64,000 bases of DNA, from contig JAFGAV010000084.1 in the NCBI GenBank assembly GCA_016933515.1, positions 3,072 through 67,071 of the forward strand, read 5' to 3'. The translations under genes were made by a program, and so were the position numbers. Source of the stretch: Candidatus Aminicenantes bacterium. GTDB lineage: Bacteria; Acidobacteriota; Aminicenantia; Aminicenantales; JAFGAV01. The notes below the pieces were generated by a model. It was not told where the DNA came from and searched no databases. It worked only from the letters and a program-made list of their open reading frames with translations. Positions 9,498-19,347 of the stretch are shown piece after piece (the stretch's first letter is position 1; every line of letters starts with the position of its first letter).

Positions 9498-10883
9498 ATG
9501 GAGGCGGCCGTGAAGAAAAAACTTCTCATCATGGGACTGGATTGCGCCCCGCCCGAAATCGTTTTCGACCGCCGGGCGGAGCTGCCCGTTCTGCGGGGCC
9601 TGTTGGAGAGAGGGATGTGGGGGACGATGCGAAGCTCGGACCCGCCCATCACCATCCCCGCCTGGATGGTCATGTGCACCGGACGGGATCCCGGGTCGCT
9701 CGGGGTCTACGGATTCCGGCACCGGACCGATTATTCCTACGATAAGATGTGGATCGCCACCTCTCAATCGATCAAGGCCCCCAAGATCTGGGATTACATC
9801 GGCCAAGCCGGGGGCTTGAGCTGCCTGGTCAGCGTCCCGCCCACCTATCCTCCGCCGCGCGTCCCGGGCTGGCTCGTGTCCTGCTTCATCACGCCCGGCG
9901 CGGACAAGGACTACACGTATCCGCCCGAGCTCAAGGAGGAGATCGAGTCGCGCTTCGGCCCGTACATCTTCGACGCCGTTTTCCGCACGGAGGACCGGGG
10001 CGAAATCCTCAAGAAGACCTACGAGATGACCGACCAGCGGTTCCGGGTCATGAACCATCTCCTGCGCACGAAACCGTGGAACCTGTTCATGTTCGTCGAG
10101 ATCGGTGTGGACCGCATGCAGCACACCTTCTGGAAATTCCATGACGCCGGTCATCCTCTCCACGAACCCGGACATCCCTACGGCACGGCCATCATGGATT
10201 ACTATCGCCATGTCGACCGCAAACTCGGGGAGCTTCTCGAGGGAACGGACGGGGAGACGGCGCTCCTTGTCGTCAGCGACCACGGCGCCAAAATGATGAA
10301 GGGCGCGTTCTGCATCAACGAGTGGCTGATCGACGAGGGCTACCTGGCGCTTAAGGAGCGGCCGGCCAAGGTCACGAGCATCGAGAAGCTGGCCGTCGAC
10401 TGGCCGCGCACCAAGGCCTGGGGCTGGGGCGGATATTACGCTCGGATCTTTCTCAACGTGGAAGGCCGGGAACCCGGAGGGATCGTCAAGCCCCAGGATT
10501 ACGAACGCGAGCGGGACGCCCTGGCGGAGAAACTCCGGGCTGTCCGCGGTCCCCGGGGCGAGGCCTGGCGGACGAGGGTCATCAAGCCTCAGGAACACTA
10601 TCCCGAAGCCCGGGGCGATTATCCCGATCTGATGGTGTATTTCGACGATCTTTTCTGGCGTTCGGCCGGCACGCTGGGCTGGAAGAGCCGCTATCTCCAG
10701 GAGAACGACACCGGACCGGACGACGCCGTCCATGCGCAGGAAGGCATCTACATACTCGTGGACCCCGCCACGGGCTTGAAAGGCCGCAAGGACATCGATA
10801 TCTTGGACGTGGCGCCCACGGTTCTCCGGACCATGGGCCTCGACGTTCCGGCCGAAATGCGGGGGAAGCCGATCCGGCCTTAA
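9498..10883 (+). CDS. Alkaline-phosphatase-superfamily enzyme (type I phosphodiesterase/nucleotide pyrophosphatase family), cytoplasmic
   Basis: Metal and nucleophile motifs IMGLDCAPP, PPITIPAW and LLVVSDHG. There is no signal peptide. It sits between sat and cysC. Confidence 0.7.
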   Translation: MEAAVKKKLLIMGLDCAPPEIVFDRRAELPVLRGLLERGMWGTMRSSDPPITIPAWMVMCTGRDPGSLGVYGFRHRTDYSYDKMWIATSQSIKAPKIWDYIGQAGGLSCLVSVPPTYPPPRVPGWLVSCFITPGADKDYTYPPELKEEIESRFGPYIFDAVFRTEDRGEILKKTYEMTDQRFRVMNHLLRTKPWNLFMFVEIGVDRMQHTFWKFHDAGHPLHEPGHPYGTAIMDYYRHVDRKLGELLEGTDGETALLVVSDHGAKMMKGAFCINEWLIDEGYLALKERPAKVTSIEKLAVDWPRTKAWGWGGYYARIFLNVEGREPGGIVKPQDYERERDALAEKLRAVRGPRGEAWRTRVIKPQEHYPEARGDYPDLMVYFDDLFWRSAGTLGWKSRYLQENDTGPDDAVHAQEGIYILVDPATGLKGRKDIDILDVAPTVLRTMGLDVPAEMRGKPIRP

Positions 10884-10943
10884 CGGCGGCGGAAAGGCGA
10901 CCGGCGGCTTGGAATCGAAGCCGAGCGAAAGGAGCGAGACCTC

Positions 10944-11483
10944 ATGTCTGGCGCAAGAGAGCAGAAAGGCGTCACCCTGTGGTTCACCGGCCTGCCCTGC
11001 TCGGGCAAATCGGCCGTGGCGGACGTGGTTGCGGAGCGCCTCCGGGCTTCGTCGTTGAAGGTGGAGCGCCTGGACGGGGACGTCGTCCGGCAGGACCTGA
11101 CCCGGGATCTCGGTTTTTCCAAGGCCGACCGGGACGAGAACATCAGGAGGGTGACGTTCGTCTCCAAGCTATTGACCCGGAACGGCGTGGCTGTCCTCAC
11201 ATCCTTCATCTCTCCGTTTCGGGAGATGCGGGACCGCGCCCGCAGGGAGATCGGGAATTTCATGGAGATCTACGTCAAGTGCCCCGTCGAAGTCTGCATG
11301 AAGAGGGACGTCAAAGGCATGTACCAAAAAGCCCTTCGGGGCGAGATCAAGGAATTTACGGGGGTGTCCGATCCCTATGAAGAGCCCGAGCGTCCCGAGC
11401 TTGTCCTGGAAACGGACAAGGAAACGCTTGAAGAGAGCGTCAACCGGGTTTTGAGCAAAGCAAGGGAGCTGGGGTACCTTTGA
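10944..11483 (+). CDS. cysC: Adenylyl-sulfate (APS) kinase
   Basis: P-loop WFTGLPCSGKS and LDGD; about 180 aa, a typical CysC size. Confidence 0.9.
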   Translation: MSGAREQKGVTLWFTGLPCSGKSAVADVVAERLRASSLKVERLDGDVVRQDLTRDLGFSKADRDENIRRVTFVSKLLTRNGVAVLTSFISPFREMRDRARREIGNFMEIYVKCPVEVCMKRDVKGMYQKALRGEIKEFTGVSDPYEEPERPELVLETDKETLEESVNRVLSKARELGYL

Positions 11484-11484
11484 C

Positions 11485-12426
11485 ATGCCGCTTTTCCTCG
11501 TGACGGGGGGCGCGGGTTTCATCGGCTCTCATCTGGCCGAAGAGCTCGTCCGCGCCGGCGAGGAGGTGCGCGTCCTGGACAATTTTCTCACCGGGCGGCG
11601 GGAGAACCTGGCCGGAATCTCCGACCGGTTCGAACTCATCGAGGGCGATGTCCGCGACGAGGACGCCTGCCGACGGGCGGTCCGGGGCGCGGACTGCGTC
11701 CTTCATCAGGCGGCGCTGCCCTCGGTTCCCCGCTCCCTTCGGGACCCCGCCCTGTCGAACGCCATCAACGTCGGCGGGACGCTGAACATGCTGGCGGCTT
11801 CCCGGGAAGCCGGCGTGAAACGCTTCGTCTTCGCTTCCTCGTCTTCGGTTTACGGCGACGATGAGCGCCAGCCCAAGCGCGAGGGCGCCGAGGGGACGCC
11901 GCTGTCGCCCTATGCCGTCACCAAAGCGGCCGGGGAAAAGTACTGCCAGATGTTTCACCGGACCTGGGGCCTGCCCACCGTCTGCCTCAGGTACTTCAAT
12001 ATTTTCGGTCCCCGGCAGGACCCGTCCTCCCAGTACGCGGCCGTCATCCCCCTCTTCATTTCCGCTTTCCTTGAGGGACGGTCCCCGACGATCTTCGGCG
12101 ACGGGAGCCAGTCGCGGGATTTCACTTATGTTTCGAACGTCGTCCGGGCCAACATCCTGGCCTGCCGCGCCGAGGGGGCCGCGGGCCGGGTGATCAACAT
12201 CGCCTGCGGCGCGCGGACGACGGTCAACGAGCTGGCCTCTTCCCTTCGAGACATCCTCGGCGGACGGGCGGAACCGGTTCACGGCGAGCCCCGGCCGGGC
12301 GACGTTCCCCATTCCTGGGCCGACCTGAGTGCGGCGCAAAGCATTCTGGGCTACCGGCCCGAAGTGGGGCTCCGCGAAGGATTGGAAAGGACCGTCCGGT
12401 GGTTCAAGGAGAACGTGTCGCGATGA
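11485..12426 (+). CDS. NAD-dependent nucleotide-sugar 4-epimerase (WbpP/TviC-like SDR)
   Basis: VTGGAGFIGSHL Rossmann motif and catalytic YAVTKAAGE (YxxxK). It is translationally coupled to the next gene (ATGA). Confidence 0.85.
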   Translation: MPLFLVTGGAGFIGSHLAEELVRAGEEVRVLDNFLTGRRENLAGISDRFELIEGDVRDEDACRRAVRGADCVLHQAALPSVPRSLRDPALSNAINVGGTLNMLAASREAGVKRFVFASSSSVYGDDERQPKREGAEGTPLSPYAVTKAAGEKYCQMFHRTWGLPTVCLRYFNIFGPRQDPSSQYAAVIPLFISAFLEGRSPTIFGDGSQSRDFTYVSNVVRANILACRAEGAAGRVINIACGARTTVNELASSLRDILGGRAEPVHGEPRPGDVPHSWADLSAAQSILGYRPEVGLREGLERTVRWFKENVSR

Positions 12427-13742
12427 ACACACTGGCCCGCAAGCTTGAAAAACGCATCAAGGACAAGACGGCCCGGGTGGGCGTGATCGGCCTGGGCTAT
12501 GTCGGACTCCCGCTGGTCAAGGCGTTTCTCCAGGCCGGCTTCCGCGTCACCGGATTCGACATCGACCGCAAAAAAATCGACATGCTCATGCGCGGCCGAA
12601 GCTACATCCGGCACATCTCCGCGGTCGAACTCAAGAGATATCTCTCCCGCCGGATGTTTTCGGCCACCGATGATTTCCGCGGGCTGAAGAACGTCGAAGC
12701 GGTCATTGTCTGCGTGCCCACGCCTCTCGACAGCCACCGAAACCCCGACCTGTCGTTCGTTCTGGACACGGCGCGGGTCGTGGCCCGCCACCTCCGCCGG
12801 GGACAGCTTGTCGTCCTGGAGAGCACGACCTATCCCGGGACGACGGAAGAGGAGATGCTGCCCATCCTTCAGGCGGGAGGGTTGAAGGTCGGCCGGGACT
12901 TCTTCCTGGCCTTTTCGCCCGAGCGCGAGGACCCCGGCAACAAGCAGTTTCCCACGGCGCGCATCCCCAAGGTCGTGGGCGGGGTCACCCGGGACTGCCT
13001 GCGGACGGCGAAGGCCCTCTACGATCAGATCGTGCTTCGCACCGTGCCTGTGTCCTCCACGCGCGTGGCCGAGTCCTCCAAGCTGCTGGAGAACATCTTC
13101 CGGGCGGTCAACATCGCCCTGGTCAACGAGCTGAAAATGATCTTCGATCGCATGGGGATCGACGTTTGGGAGGTCATCAAGGCCTCCTCGACCAAGCCCT
13201 TCGGATTCATGCCTTTCCATCCCGGCCCGGGCCTGGGCGGGCACTGCATCCCCATCGATCCCTTCTATCTGACCTGGAAGGCCCGGGAGGTGGACTTCTC
13301 AACGCGCCTCATCGAGCTGGCCGGAGAGATCAACACCCTCATGCCCTATTACGTCGTTCAGAAAACCGCGGATGCCCTGAGCAGGACGGGCAAGAGCGTG
13401 GCCGGGGCGAAGGTTCTGGTGCTGGGCATCGCCTACAAGAAGGACATCGACGATCAGCGGGAGTCCCCCTCGCTCAAGATCATCAGCATTCTCCGGAAGG
13501 CGGGCGCCCGGGTGGATTACAACGATCCCTATGTGCCCCGCTCCTCAGGCCACCGGGAGTACCCGGATCTCGACCTCCGGTCCGTGCCGCTGACCGCGGG
13601 CCGCTTGAAAAAATACGACGTCGTCATCATCGCCACCGACCATTCGGCCTACGACTGCGACTGGCTGGTCCGGAACGCCGCCCTGATCGTCGACACGCGC
13701 CACGCGGTGGGGAAAAAGCATCGCCGCGTCGTTCCGGCATGA
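12423..13742 (+). CDS. UDP-N-acetyl-hexosamine dehydrogenase family (WbpA/WbpO/TviB/WecC-like nucleotide-sugar dehydrogenase)
   Basis: VGVIGLGYVGLPL NAD motif and catalytic GGHCIPIDP. Start taken at MNTLARK, overlapping the epimerase stop. Confidence 0.85.
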   Translation: MNTLARKLEKRIKDKTARVGVIGLGYVGLPLVKAFLQAGFRVTGFDIDRKKIDMLMRGRSYIRHISAVELKRYLSRRMFSATDDFRGLKNVEAVIVCVPTPLDSHRNPDLSFVLDTARVVARHLRRGQLVVLESTTYPGTTEEEMLPILQAGGLKVGRDFFLAFSPEREDPGNKQFPTARIPKVVGGVTRDCLRTAKALYDQIVLRTVPVSSTRVAESSKLLENIFRAVNIALVNELKMIFDRMGIDVWEVIKASSTKPFGFMPFHPGPGLGGHCIPIDPFYLTWKAREVDFSTRLIELAGEINTLMPYYVVQKTADALSRTGKSVAGAKVLVLGIAYKKDIDDQRESPSLKIISILRKAGARVDYNDPYVPRSSGHREYPDLDLRSVPLTAGRLKKYDVVIIATDHSAYDCDWLVRNAALIVDTRHAVGKKHRRVVPA

Positions 13743-13758
13743 CCCTCAAAGGAGAACC

Positions 13759-15066
13759 ATGGTGAAAATCGCGGTGTTCGGCACGGGATACGTGGGGCTG
13801 GTGACGGCCGTCGGCCTGGCCGAGTTCGGCCACCGGGTCGTCGGCGCGGACAAGGTTCCGGAAAAAATCCGAATGATTTCCACAGGGAAGGCGCCCATAT
13901 TCGAACCGGGGCTGGAAGCCCTCCTGGCCAAAAATTTGCGGAGCGGCCGCCTGGAATTTTCGGACGATCTCGACCGCGCCGTCCGGGAGTCGGACGTCAT
14001 TTTTGTCTGCGTCGGCACCCCGCCCCACGACGACGGCGGCGCCGACATGAGCCAGATCGAGGAGGTGTCGCGCCTGATCGCCGGCAACCTGAACGGCTAC
14101 AAGGTGGTCGTGGAGAAAAGCACCGTGCCGGTCAAGACCTCCAGCTGGATCCGGCGGACGATCTCGCTCTACAGGAAGACGGACATGCCCTTCGACGTGG
14201 CCTCCAATCCGGAATTCCTGCGCGAGGGATCGGCAGTGAAGGATTTCCTCAATCCCGACCGGATCATCATCGGCGTCGAATCGGACCGGGCCCGGGACAT
14301 GCTCGTCCGCATCTACGACCGCCTGAAGGAACGCATCCTCATCACCAACATCGACACGGCCGAGCTCATCAAGCACGCCTCGAACTCGTTCCTGGCCTTG
14401 AAGATTTCTTACATCAATCTCATCGCCGACCTGTGCGAGAAGACCGAGGCCGACGTCGAGCTTGTGGCCCGAGGCATGGGGCTCGACTCCCGCATCGGCG
14501 GCCAGTTCCTCCGGGCGGGGCTGGGCTACGGCGGATCGTGCTTCCCCAAGGACATCAAGGCCCTGACGAAGATCGGCGAGGATCTGGGCGTGGACATGAG
14601 GCTCCTGCGCGAGGGGGAGCGGATCAACGCCGAGCGCGTTCGGATGTTCATCAACAAGGTCAAGCAGTCGCTCTGGATCCTCAAGGACAAAACGATCGGC
14701 ATCCTCGGACTGTCCTTCAAGCCCGAGACGGACGACATCCGCGAGGCGCCGAGCATCAAGGTCATCTCCGGCCTTCAGGCCGAGGGCGCCAAGCTGAGGC
14801 TTTACGATCCCCAGGCCATGGCCCGCATGAAGGAGCTGTTCCCGGAGGACGGGGAGCGCCTTGTCTACTGCGGTTCGGCCCTCGAGGTCGCCCGGGGCGC
14901 CAACGCTCTGCTCATCGTCACCGAGTGGGACGAATTCAAGTCTCTCGATCTGAAGAAGGTCAAGCAGGCGATGGCCAACCCGATCCTCATCGACGGACGC
15001 AATCTCTTCGACCCGTCGAGCGTGCGGGCCCTGGGATTCGAGTACTCCTGCCTCGGCCGGCGATGA
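13759..15066 (+). CDS. ugd: UDP-glucose 6-dehydrogenase
   Basis: IAVFGTGYVGLV and GGSCFPKDI catalytic-Cys motifs; 435 aa. Confidence 0.9.
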   Translation: MVKIAVFGTGYVGLVTAVGLAEFGHRVVGADKVPEKIRMISTGKAPIFEPGLEALLAKNLRSGRLEFSDDLDRAVRESDVIFVCVGTPPHDDGGADMSQIEEVSRLIAGNLNGYKVVVEKSTVPVKTSSWIRRTISLYRKTDMPFDVASNPEFLREGSAVKDFLNPDRIIIGVESDRARDMLVRIYDRLKERILITNIDTAELIKHASNSFLALKISYINLIADLCEKTEADVELVARGMGLDSRIGGQFLRAGLGYGGSCFPKDIKALTKIGEDLGVDMRLLREGERINAERVRMFINKVKQSLWILKDKTIGILGLSFKPETDDIREAPSIKVISGLQAEGAKLRLYDPQAMARMKELFPEDGERLVYCGSALEVARGANALLIVTEWDEFKSLDLKKVKQAMANPILIDGRNLFDPSSVRALGFEYSCLGRR

Positions 15067-15114
15067 GCGGCCGCCCGCGTCTTTGAAGACGGACGGGGCG
15101 ATGAGGGGCGGGAT

Positions 15115-17184
15115 TCAGCGGTGGCGGATCTTGAGGCGGCGGTTCTTGAAATCCGTGTGGAGGATGACGAACTCGTCCTGAAGCACCCGGGTCTTGCGAA
15201 AGGCGACCGCTTGTCCGTCGAGGGTCACCTCGAGCTCGTCGGCCCCCACCTCCCGGGACTCTTCGGCGATGAACACCCAGGGCAGGAGGACTTTGACCAT
15301 GCCCGTCCCCGGGAAATTGCTGTTGAAGTCCAAAATGAGCGTCTTTCCGTCGGCGAGCACCCGGTGCTCATAAGCCAGAAAGAGATCCGCCCCCGGCAGG
15401 TAGGCGTGGACCTTGGCCGACTCGCCCCCCAGCTTGGGTTCCAGGCTGACGGCCGCGGCCGAAAGCTTCAGCCCGAAGTAGCCGCGAAAGAGAGCCAAGC
15501 CGAGGCTGCCGGCGCTGCCGCTGAAAAAATCGCTCCCCCGGGCGGCCCCCCGCATGTCGTCCCACTCCGAGAGCGTCCCGTTGGCGACGCATTTGCGCGT
15601 GATTTCCCAGAGCTTGTCCTTGGCCGCCCGGCTGAATCCGTTCTCGAAAAGGGCGTAGACGAGTTTTCCTCCGAACCAGTCCCACAGACCGCCGTTCTGA
15701 TATTCGAAGGGCGTGTCCACGGCGGGGTGCTTGAACACGCCGGCGGGATATGGAGGCAGCAGGACGCCGCTCACCGTGGGCAGCCCGTATGTTTTCTGCA
15801 GATCCAGGGCTTTGCTCAGGATGAGGCTGCTCTGCGTGTCGTCGGCCAGGCCGGTCAGGACGGCGGTGACGTTGCCGCCCAGGGCGAACATTTCGTCCTC
15901 ATCGAAATCGTGGACGCATTCGGGGTCGAGGTGAATGTGGACGCGGTAGAATCCGCGCTCCGGCTGCCAGAGCCGGTCATCGGCGTTCTTCCTGACCGCC
16001 TGGGCCTGGACCGTCCAGAACATGGCCTTTTCCTTGTGTCCGGCTTCCTCGAGCATGGCGGCCAGGTCGAGGGCGGCCCGGTAGAACATGGCCTGATCAT
16101 AGATGTCCGCCGTCCACCGGGAGCCGGGCCCGGCGATGACGGCCTCTTCGTCGGCGTCCGCGTCTTCGACGTCGCCCCAGTCGATGGTGTGCGCCCCGGT
16201 GACCAATCCGAGGCTTTCGTCGAAGCGCTCTTCGAGGACAAAGAGCATCGCATTTTCCAGGCGCTCGAGAAGGCTGCGGTCCCGGACCGTCTTTTTCAGC
16301 CACTGAGCGCCCACGATCTGAGCCGCATGGAAGGCCGCTTGGACGGCGCTCGACTCCTGGTCGGTTTCCACGGTGTTTTTATCCTTCAGGCCCTGCGAGT
16401 CGAACCAGTCCGGAAGCGCCCCCGATTCCTCCTGGAAAGCGAGATGCTCCTCAAGCCACGAGGTGAGGAAAGAGGCGTCATAATACCACCGGGAGGCGGG
16501 CAGGATTGTCGCGGCGTCCCGAATCCAGATCTGCGGATAGCCTGAGCCGGCCCGGAATCCGGAGACCTTGCCGGTTTTGCCCATGAGCGTCACGGCGTTC
16601 CGATGAAGAGTGATTCTCATGAGCTTGAGGAGGTCGGACGGCTCGCGGCGGGCGGTGCGGAAACCCGTGAAGGATCCATAGTCCAGAGTCAGCGATTCGG
16701 CGTTTTCGGGCCACGGCCTGGCTTTGACGAGGAGAGCCGCCAGTTTCGTTTTGTTGCCGTAATCCTTGAACCAGGCCGTTCCCTCCCTGACCAGGTCGGG
16801 CTCGAGATGATACAGGCCTTTGTCCAAGGGCGCCTTGGCCCGCAGAACGAACTCCGCCGTTCCGCCCGGCGGGACATTCTCGGCGAAAGGAAACCGTTCG
16901 TTGTCGAAGCGGATCATGCGCCGCTCGGCATCCCGGAAATGATAGGACAGGCAGACGGGATCGTCTCCGGCGGGCGTCCACGTTTTTCTTCCGGTGTTGG
17001 TCACCGAGATGTTCAGGGAAAACGGTTCTCCTTCCCAGGCATGGACGCTTTTTGTCGGAAAGGAGAGGACGCAGGCATAATCCTTTTTTTGGATGTCCTT
17101 GACGGAGGCTTCCTCGTCGCGGCAGCCGCCGGAAAGAAGGATCAGAACGGCCGTCAGGACGCAGGGCACGGCTTGCCGGATCAT
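15115..17184 (-). CDS. Lipoprotein with an N-terminal Ig-like module and an (alpha/alpha)6-type glycoside-hydrolase-like domain (GDE_C/trehalase-like)
   Basis: Lipobox LLSGGC. Motifs YPQIWIRDAA and YQNGGLWDWFG are typical of six-hairpin glycosidases. The start lies 1 nt after the hypE stop. Confidence 0.6.
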   Translation of the reverse strand: MIRQAVPCVLTAVLILLSGGCRDEEASVKDIQKKDYACVLSFPTKSVHAWEGEPFSLNISVTNTGRKTWTPAGDDPVCLSYHFRDAERRMIRFDNERFPFAENVPPGGTAEFVLRAKAPLDKGLYHLEPDLVREGTAWFKDYGNKTKLAALLVKARPWPENAESLTLDYGSFTGFRTARREPSDLLKLMRITLHRNAVTLMGKTGKVSGFRAGSGYPQIWIRDAATILPASRWYYDASFLTSWLEEHLAFQEESGALPDWFDSQGLKDKNTVETDQESSAVQAAFHAAQIVGAQWLKKTVRDRSLLERLENAMLFVLEERFDESLGLVTGAHTIDWGDVEDADADEEAVIAGPGSRWTADIYDQAMFYRAALDLAAMLEEAGHKEKAMFWTVQAQAVRKNADDRLWQPERGFYRVHIHLDPECVHDFDEDEMFALGGNVTAVLTGLADDTQSSLILSKALDLQKTYGLPTVSGVLLPPYPAGVFKHPAVDTPFEYQNGGLWDWFGGKLVYALFENGFSRAAKDKLWEITRKCVANGTLSEWDDMRGAARGSDFFSGSAGSLGLALFRGYFGLKLSAAAVSLEPKLGGESAKVHAYLPGADLFLAYEHRVLADGKTLILDFNSNFPGTGMVKVLLPWVFIAEESREVGADELEVTLDGQAVAFRKTRVLQDEFVILHTDFKNRRLKIRHR

Positions 17185-17185
17185 G

Positions 17186-18253
17186 TCAGCAAATCCTCGG
17201 AAGAAGCTCGGAAGTCAGGGGCTCGAGTTTTCTCAGCCCGCCGGCCAGCGTGGCCAGAAGAAGCTCGCCGGGCCGTCCCCTGGTCTTTTCGACCCGGCCG
17301 ACGACCGCGGCTCTCCGCCCCAGAGGATGACGGCGGAGGGAGTTCAGAACGGCCGCGGCCCGGCTTCGGGAGACGATGAGGATCGCCCGGCCTTCGCAGG
17401 CCAGGTAAAGGGGATCGATGCCCAGAAGTTCGCAGGCCCCCCGGACCGGACGGGAGAGGGGGATGCGCTCTTCCTCGATCACGACGGAATAGGGAAGCGT
17501 TTCCGTCAGTTCGTGCAGGTTGGTGGCCAGACCGCCGCGGGTGATGTCTCTCATCCACAGGACCCCTTGCCGCCAGAGGGGAAGAAGAAAAACGAGCGGG
17601 GCGCAGTCGCTTTTTACGGAGGATTTCAGGCTGAAATCCCCCCGGGCGAGCAGCACGGCCAGGCTGTGCTCCCCCAGCGTTCCCGTGACGATGACTGCGT
17701 CGCCGGGCCGGATGCGGCGCGGATCGGCCCTGGCCACGACGCGTCCCACGCCCGAGGTCACGATGTACAGCTTGTCGGCCTGGCCGCGGTGGACGACTTT
17801 GGTGTCGCCCGTCACCACCTGGACGCCGGCCCGGGAGGATGCGCGGGAGATCGAGATCAAAATTTTCTTGAGGTCCTCCTCCGGCAGGCCCTCTTCGAGG
17901 ATCATGGAGACCGAGAGGAACTCGGGCACGGCTCCCGAGACGACGAGGTCGTTCACCGATCCGTTGACGCACAGCATGCCGATGTCCCCGCCCGGGAAAA
18001 AAATCGGATCCACGACATATCCGTCCGTGGTCAGGGCCGTCTCCCTCCGGACATGAGCCGCGTCCGGAAGGTCCTTGAGGAGCGGGCTGCGAAAAGAAGG
18101 CAGGATATGCTTTTTGAGAAATTCCCGCATGAGAAGGCCGCCGCCGCCCAGCTCCAGGCTCACCCGGCCTGGAGAGTCGGCCGGGGACGGACCGAGGGAA
18201 AGGCGCGGCGGGTTTTTCTTCGGTGAAGGCTTCGGCGAACGGCGCGAAATCAT
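17186..18253 (-). CDS. hypE: Hydrogenase maturation protein HypE (carbamoyl dehydratase)
   Basis: AIR-synthase-like fold motifs and the diagnostic C-terminal PRIC. ATGA overlap with hypD. Confidence 0.9.
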   Translation of the reverse strand: MISRRSPKPSPKKNPPRLSLGPSPADSPGRVSLELGGGGLLMREFLKKHILPSFRSPLLKDLPDAAHVRRETALTTDGYVVDPIFFPGGDIGMLCVNGSVNDLVVSGAVPEFLSVSMILEEGLPEEDLKKILISISRASSRAGVQVVTGDTKVVHRGQADKLYIVTSGVGRVVARADPRRIRPGDAVIVTGTLGEHSLAVLLARGDFSLKSSVKSDCAPLVFLLPLWRQGVLWMRDITRGGLATNLHELTETLPYSVVIEEERIPLSRPVRGACELLGIDPLYLACEGRAILIVSRSRAAAVLNSLRRHPLGRRAAVVGRVEKTRGRPGELLLATLAGGLRKLEPLTSELLPRIC

Positions 18254-19347
18254 GATTTTGCGAACCTATAATACACCAGGCAGGCGCCCTCGGGGGAGAC
18301 CATGCACGGGCCGCGAGGCGATTCGGGGCGGCAGGCGCCGCCGAAGAGCCCGCAGTCCGTCGGTTTGATCACGCCGCGAAGAACCTCGCCGCATCGGCAT
18401 CCGGGAAGCTCATCGGCGGCCGGCGCGATGTTCAACCCGTATTTTTTGAGGGCGTCGAACGCGGAGAAGCGGCTGCGAAGCTTCAGACCGCTGCGCGGGA
18501 TGAGGCCCAGGCCGCGCCAAACGGCGTCCGTCGTTTCGAGGACTTCGTCCATGAGGATCAGGGCGCGCGGATTCCCGTCGGTGCGGACGACCCGCTTGTA
18601 TGTGTTTTCCACGGCAGGGGAGCGGCGGATCATCTGATTGAGAACGGCGGAGGCGGCCAGAAGGATGTCCGCCGGCTCGAAACCGGCGACCGCTCCCGGA
18701 AGGCCGAACTCCTCCGCCACGAACTCATAAGGCCGGCAGCCGATGACGGCCGAGACGTGACCGGGGTAGAGAAATCCCTGGATGCGGACCTCTTCCGATT
18801 CCAGGAGGGCCCGCAAAGGCGGCGGGATGAGCCACAGGGCGGACAGGAGGCTGAAATTCTCCACGGCCTCCTCGGCGGCCTGTTTCACGGCCAAGGCGAT
18901 GGAAGGAATGGTCGTCTCGAAGCCGGCGCCGAAGAACACGACATCCCGATCCGGGTTTTCCCTCGCGGTTTCGAGGGCGTCCTGAGCGGAGTACACCACC
19001 CGGACGCGGGACCGAGGCGCGGGAATCGCGGTTTGAAGGGAGCCGTCGCGCGTCGGGACCCGGGTGATGTCCCCGAACGTGGCGAGGATGAGATTTTCCC
19101 TCCGGGTGACCAGTCCGATGGCCGCTCGGTGATGGGCGTCGGGAGTGATGCACACCGGACAACCGGGTCCCGAAGTCATCTCCACTCCGGCCTCATGGAG
19201 GAGCGCATGAAGGCCGTAACGGTGGATGGCCATGGTGTGCGTTCCGCAGACCTCCATCAGGCGCACGGGAGGCCCCGCTTGGCTTGCCTGGCGGCCGATC
19301 GTCCGCAACAGACCGGCGATGACCTTGCGGTCGCGGAATTCTTTCAT
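18250..19347 (-). CDS. hypD: Hydrogenase maturation protein HypD
   Basis: Motifs EVCGTHT, GPGCPVCITP and the C-terminal CRPESPRGPCMVSPEGAC. Confidence 0.92.
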   Translation of the reverse strand: MKEFRDRKVIAGLLRTIGRQASQAGPPVRLMEVCGTHTMAIHRYGLHALLHEAGVEMTSGPGCPVCITPDAHHRAAIGLVTRRENLILATFGDITRVPTRDGSLQTAIPAPRSRVRVVYSAQDALETARENPDRDVVFFGAGFETTIPSIALAVKQAAEEAVENFSLLSALWLIPPPLRALLESEEVRIQGFLYPGHVSAVIGCRPYEFVAEEFGLPGAVAGFEPADILLAASAVLNQMIRRSPAVENTYKRVVRTDGNPRALILMDEVLETTDAVWRGLGLIPRSGLKLRSRFSAFDALKKYGLNIAPAADELPGCRCGEVLRGVIKPTDCGLFGGACRPESPRGPCMVSPEGACLVYYRFAKS

